The notes under the pieces are model-generated. The model was given only the letters and a program-made list of their open reading frames with translations. It did not search any database and was not told the DNA's origin. A DNA stretch of 42,917 nucleotides from Trichomonas gallinae (Eukaryota): assembly GCA_008369845.1 (NCBI GenBank), contig MRSU01000908.1, positions 1 through 42,917 of the forward strand, written 5' to 3'. Made by a program: the position numbers and the translations under genes. This document shows positions 39,801-42,917 of this stretch, in pieces (the first letter of the stretch is position 1; the number at the start of each line of letters is the position of its first letter).

Positions 39801-41081
39801 GAAAATATCAATAAGCCACAGTACTCAACAATGCAATTAGCAAATAAGATGTCAAATATTTACTGGGCTTTCGTTTTCAGCTGCACTTTCATCATTATCA
39901 TGATGGCAGCTCGTTTCTATATCGTTTACCAGAGTGTAACAGATAACATTAAGCGTCTTATTTTAGTAATTCACTCAAAATATTCCTCTTCAGAGTCAAT
40001 TATGATAAACACCTTAGCTCCTTTCTCTAATGCGAAGAGTATCGACCTCAACATGAAGAAAATGTCTGATTTAATTGTTAATCAGCTAAGAGATCCTGTG
40101 ATTTTCTTCAACGACAATCTAGGCTTCACAGGAATCAACCGCCAACTAACTGTGCAGCTTGGATATACAAATGAAGAACTCTTATTGCAATGCATAACAG
40201 TAGTTTTTGAAAGACCACGAAATGTAGATTTCTACGAATTCATCGGAATGATGTCTTCTCCACTCGGTGTCCGTGCTCGTCGTGGCTTCGATCTATACGC
40301 GAGGCATAAAGACGGCGATTTAATTCCATTCTATGGAACACTTGTTCCTATATTCACAAACGGTGTTCTTTCATTTTCGATGATTCTATCTAACAAGACA
40401 GCAATCTTGGAGATGAAGAAGGAAATCAAAGAACTAGAAAAAAAGATAAGGATAACTCTAAGCAAATTAGTTCCTCAAAATGTCGCGACGATGATGATGG
40501 AGCACAAACTGCCGAAAAACTTCTTCGTGAAAAGTGCATGTTTCATGGCAGTACAACTGAAAGAGCAGACAGACATCACGGAGAAAGATAACCTATGGGA
40601 CGCAACATATATAACACAAGTTGCAATGTCAGGCATAGATATTGTCATCAAAAGATTCCCTGACATTATTAGAGTGAGAACATTCAACGGAAACTTTTTC
40701 TTCGTTTGCGGATTATTCAACGAAAAGCCAGCGAATTACTGCGTGAACACAATGGTGAATTTCGCATCTGAATGTGCCGCAGCTATCAACAACTCGATAA
40801 CATTTGCTTCATTCTTCACGGGACTCATTTCTTACGGCGGACCTGTTTATGGTTCTATGATGGGAGTCTCGAAGACTTTGTTTGAAGTTATTTCACCGCA
40901 GACTTGTTATTTGTTTAGCCATCTTGATATCGTACCAACAGGAGAGCTTGTTATGTTCGAGAGTGCCTACAAACACTTAGATAACCCTACAATGTTCATC
41001 GGTTTGGAGCCATCGAGAGAAGTCAGCGAGCCCCTTTACGTATTGCACACATATGTAGGCTTACAGTTTGAAGGAAACTGA
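36900..41081 (+). CDS. Multi-pass transmembrane PAS + class III adenylyl/guanylyl-cyclase-like protein, catalytically degenerate
   Basis: Many TM helices. PAS-like DPVIFFNDNLGFTGIN...LGYTNEEL...RHKDGDLIP, coiled coil, LSKLVPQNVA, then cyclase fold IIRVRTFNGNFFFVCG and GPVYGSMMG. Confidence 0.85.
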   Translation: MKSFSVRQNLQGWSNFFHFFQIVGSYQDEFPGLKRFFEIYITLLWILKLSMLGLLVRINATSAFSKLFGEIVYQMITLEFVGIEFIIVFLFSIGICFAIFMLFYYYNRDLLLFHHSATSICLFLQDLSPIFTNYTTSCIMLLTEDFIQDGNPWFVLTLAIICFVIFNIFTYLGASFHHIQTSTNSIFHSFWNHMNFFRINFLINLVQLIWPIRFLFRRTLFPCMGTSFIVSLLLLLWLSTIPYFTKSSNVHNCKVFGMTTTFIFLEIICHAKFIRFSTTIFACYVLVHLWHYFLAGTLFRFFCKIHAKEFQKHFPSASEIESFINIPKIAGFRMKILLHYATIIQVEDLQTILLAVIDSDINDDITIECAKMLLLSSSLPHNVREKLFNIDYHNLSSSLRHFLCELQYEMNKFRPNSYDIEETMMFLQVQKQRCKIILYSFLNSLCDTHYYKYIYPILFNLAMNIHDFKLMCSYNFEGIPLSTEITNLYQDFLENIAGDVVQSEIMREYCEKRKISLIQTADSKPDIFLSESVSSEISTNRSVDQRVYFQKSLEMTITTPLYVFLIVMFGVVLDLFLPPLTQFRYIKSIELDPDLYFNYTHSPSFFKAYYTEINIESFLNSIGETQGNKSLFRNYPVVSFHTFTQYLNSVICPIDREPVFDAQSQYLIDFKYSFYNLCSRTYITTKENLSYYETLHDAHHSINEMFKNFENITERYEKCSRSIKINLKTNSIRENLLGAAGILLIAAISIILIPRQYIKRMISTFKGIEISTLEELRTSLYVQIHRSKNTQTDSTDLDNDGILELEELEVDDGNPLFSDNDYSDLIDYYLKSPLELSIYDPAYDIAFVVYLLVIFGLKYCFAFSCIYTYSLAAKSIVTTDIEHERNLNITSYILKEIDAVFTNLTYHGDHVECTPKRFDDTNSQNKDLMKIIDKWNNFIDNYDKYNFSEKIEIAKNLANNISKTAMEENINKPQYSTMQLANKMSNIYWAFVFSCTFIIIMMAARFYIVYQSVTDNIKRLILVIHSKYSSSESIMINTLAPFSNAKSIDLNMKKMSDLIVNQLRDPVIFFNDNLGFTGINRQLTVQLGYTNEELLLQCITVVFERPRNVDFYEFIGMMSSPLGVRARRGFDLYARHKDGDLIPFYGTLVPIFTNGVLSFSMILSNKTAILEMKKEIKELEKKIRITLSKLVPQNVATMMMEHKLPKNFFVKSACFMAVQLKEQTDITEKDNLWDATYITQVAMSGIDIVIKRFPDIIRVRTFNGNFFFVCGLFNEKPANYCVNTMVNFASECAAAINNSITFASFFTGLISYGGPVYGSMMGVSKTLFEVISPQTCYLFSHLDIVPTGELVMFESAYKHLDNPTMFIGLEPSREVSEPLYVLHTYVGLQFEGN

Positions 41082-41372
41082 TTTTATATTATTTGTTTTT
41101 TTATATATAGATTTTTTGTTTGTAATTTAATTATTTTTGTAAAAATTTACTAACATTGTTCGTAATTTTCTAATTATTTCATATCACGGCTACACTATAT
41201 ATACAAGCTAGTATTTCGTCATTAATCTAAAGATAATTAAAATGTTGTGGCATCTAAATTTTATATAAAAAAAAATTCATACTTTGTGGCTCACTAAGGT
41301 TCTCAATTAAAAATAACCGTTTGGCATCATTGAAAATATTTTGAAGAGATTATCACGATTCACATCACAAAA

Positions 41373-41379
41373 TCATTTT
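41373..41379 (+). promoter_or_regulatory. Initiator (Inr) element TCATTTT
   Basis: Matches the trichomonad Inr consensus, beginning 16 nt before ATG 41389. Confidence 0.7.
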
Positions 41380-41388
41380 TAAAGAGAG

Positions 41389-42501
41389 ATGCAAGCTGAG
41401 CACACTCACGATGCAGACCCACTCATTGAGCAGTGCGAGTCTGTCCTTACAACAATGATCGAAGATTATCATGAACATAACCATGTCCATAAAGTCACCT
41501 GGAGAATATATGTGATGATCACACTTACATTTATATTCTTCCTGGCTGAGCTAGTTACAGGCTACTTGTCCAAATCCCTTGCACTGCAATCAGACGCATG
41601 GCACATGTTGTCTGATTTGGCCGCACTTTTCATCGGTCTTTACTCTCATAAAGTTTCATCGAAGCCACCGAACGAGAAGATGACATTCGGATACTCGCGC
41701 GCAGAAGTTGTTGGTGGCTTCGTTAACTGCGTTTTCCTGATGGCCGTCTGCTTGATCCTTTTCTTAGACGCAATACAGAGATTCTTCGAAGTTGAAACAA
41801 TCGAACATCCAGTTGTTTTCTTCGGAGTTGGTGCCGCAGGTTTGCTCGTCAACATCATCGGCATCTTCATTTTCCATGATAACCATGATTCAGACAACAT
41901 AAGAGGAATCTTTTTGCACATCTTTGGTGACTTACTTGGTTCGATCGCTGTGATGATATCTGCATCAATTGTCATGTTCACAAAATACAGCTGGAGGTTT
42001 TACATTGATCCAGCTCTTTCTATCTTCACAATCTGCCTCATTGTCTATAGCTCAGTGAAACTGTTCAAGAAGACTTTGAAGACCTTAATGGAAGAGTGTC
42101 CAGACAGTGTTGATGTTAATACAATCAAGAACGAAATCATGGAACTCAATGGAGTTTTGTCGGTCCACGATTTACATGTTTGGCAGTTTTCGAACAAGAA
42201 ATTGCTTGGAATTGGTCATGTAGTGCTTGAGGGAAACACAAACGTGATAGAGAAGATTGAGAACATCTTCCTCAAGCATGGAATCTGCTCCGTGACTATA
42301 CAGATCGAGAACTCTGACCAGGAACAAGTTGACGAAGGTGTTTGCAAACTGGCTTCGAATTTCAACCACGACAACAGAGTTTTCGCAACACAGCCTAAAT
42401 ACGAACATTATATTGGATGCCCACACATCCATGTTCATAATCATGACGATTATGAACACAATCAGTCAGAAGAACACGTGGATCAAGCAATTGAAGTTTA
42501 A
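41389..42501 (+). CDS. Cation diffusion facilitator (ZnT1/Zrc1/Cot1-like Zn/Co efflux transporter)
   Basis: SLALQSDAWHMLSD, TFGYSRAEVVG, FLHIFGDLLGS (HxxxD/HxxxD site A), VHDLHVW, His-rich termini. Confidence 0.95.
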   Translation: MQAEHTHDADPLIEQCESVLTTMIEDYHEHNHVHKVTWRIYVMITLTFIFFLAELVTGYLSKSLALQSDAWHMLSDLAALFIGLYSHKVSSKPPNEKMTFGYSRAEVVGGFVNCVFLMAVCLILFLDAIQRFFEVETIEHPVVFFGVGAAGLLVNIIGIFIFHDNHDSDNIRGIFLHIFGDLLGSIAVMISASIVMFTKYSWRFYIDPALSIFTICLIVYSSVKLFKKTLKTLMEECPDSVDVNTIKNEIMELNGVLSVHDLHVWQFSNKKLLGIGHVVLEGNTNVIEKIENIFLKHGICSVTIQIENSDQEQVDEGVCKLASNFNHDNRVFATQPKYEHYIGCPHIHVHNHDDYEHNQSEEHVDQAIEV

Positions 42502-42822
42502 TTTATATATGTAAACCCCTATTATATATGAACAAATCAATTTTTTATTATAATTTTTGCATGGAAACAAAATAAAATGATTATCAAATCTAATCAATAA
42601 GAAAATCATAGAGATTAAAACATGCAGCACTCATCAAATTGATATAACACAAATCTTGAATAATTTTATCGGTAAAAATTAGTTTATAATCATGAAATAC
42701 TCAAAATAAAATATGTTATTTGGTCAATATGATCAGTTATCAATAAATTTATATAAATATATTATTAGTGTCAAACAATGAATTCATTATTGAAAGGTTT
42801 AGCAAAAAGAATAAAGTATGAG

Positions 42823-42834
42823 AAAAAGGAAAAA
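42823..42834 (-). terminator. Pol III oligo-T terminator after tRNA-Ser
   Basis: Minus strand reads TAAC TTTTT CC TTTTT immediately after the discriminator base. Confidence 0.75.
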
Positions 42835-42838
42835 GTTA

Positions 42839-42917
42839 CGACGACCATGGGATTCGAACCCACGCGGATAAATCCACGGGATTAGCAATCCCGCGCCTTA
42901 ACCACTCGGCCAAGCCG
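42839..42917 (-). tRNA. tRNA-Ser(GCT), 5' end truncated by about 2 nt at the window edge
   Basis: Reverse complement CGGCT TG GCCGAGTGGTTAAGGC G CGGGA TTGCTAA TCCCG, long variable arm (GGA TTTA TCC), GTGGG TTCGAAT CCCAT, GGTCGTC G. No encoded CCA, no intron. Confidence 0.95.

Noticed and set aside
1..42917. Spliceosomal introns and transposons (Maverick, mariner, Mutator)
   Set aside because: I saw no ACTAACACACAG-type intron 3' motif, transposase/integrase ORF or terminal inverted repeat; very short introns or old MITEs could be missed by eye.

Overview
AT-rich, apparently intron-less, gene-dense eukaryotic DNA in the standard genetic code. It has the hallmarks of a trichomonad (Trichomonas vaginalis-like) nuclear genome: TCA(T/C)TT initiator elements shortly before start codons, TAA stops embedded in the TAAA polyadenylation signal, and DUF3447/ankyrin relics. 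The organism call is inference. The window holds about 14 full protein genes: Vps18-like, CEP104-like, hybrid histidine kinase, Qb-SNARE, GH47-like, a helical-solenoid protein, CLASP/TOG-like, CASC1/DNAI7-like, a motor-less dynein-heavy-chain-tail-like protein, GT61-like, GCN1, ABCB half transporter, TM-PAS-cyclase and CDF Zn transporter. It also holds two adjacent pseudogenes, an ankyrin relic, a small membrane ORF and a tRNA-Ser(GCT) cut by the window edge. The most unusual signals are four. (1) A near-palindromic 10-mer, TGNCATGTAA, sits in most intergenic regions of the first 12 kb, including an 8-copy phased, co-oriented array. (2) Two genes appear to begin at TTG rather than ATG. (3) The histidine kinase has Ser in place of its phospho-acceptor His, one of four apparent pseudo-enzymes. 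(4) A dynein-tail-like protein with no motor domain lies next to DNAI7. All family assignments come from motif recognition by eye; no searches were run.
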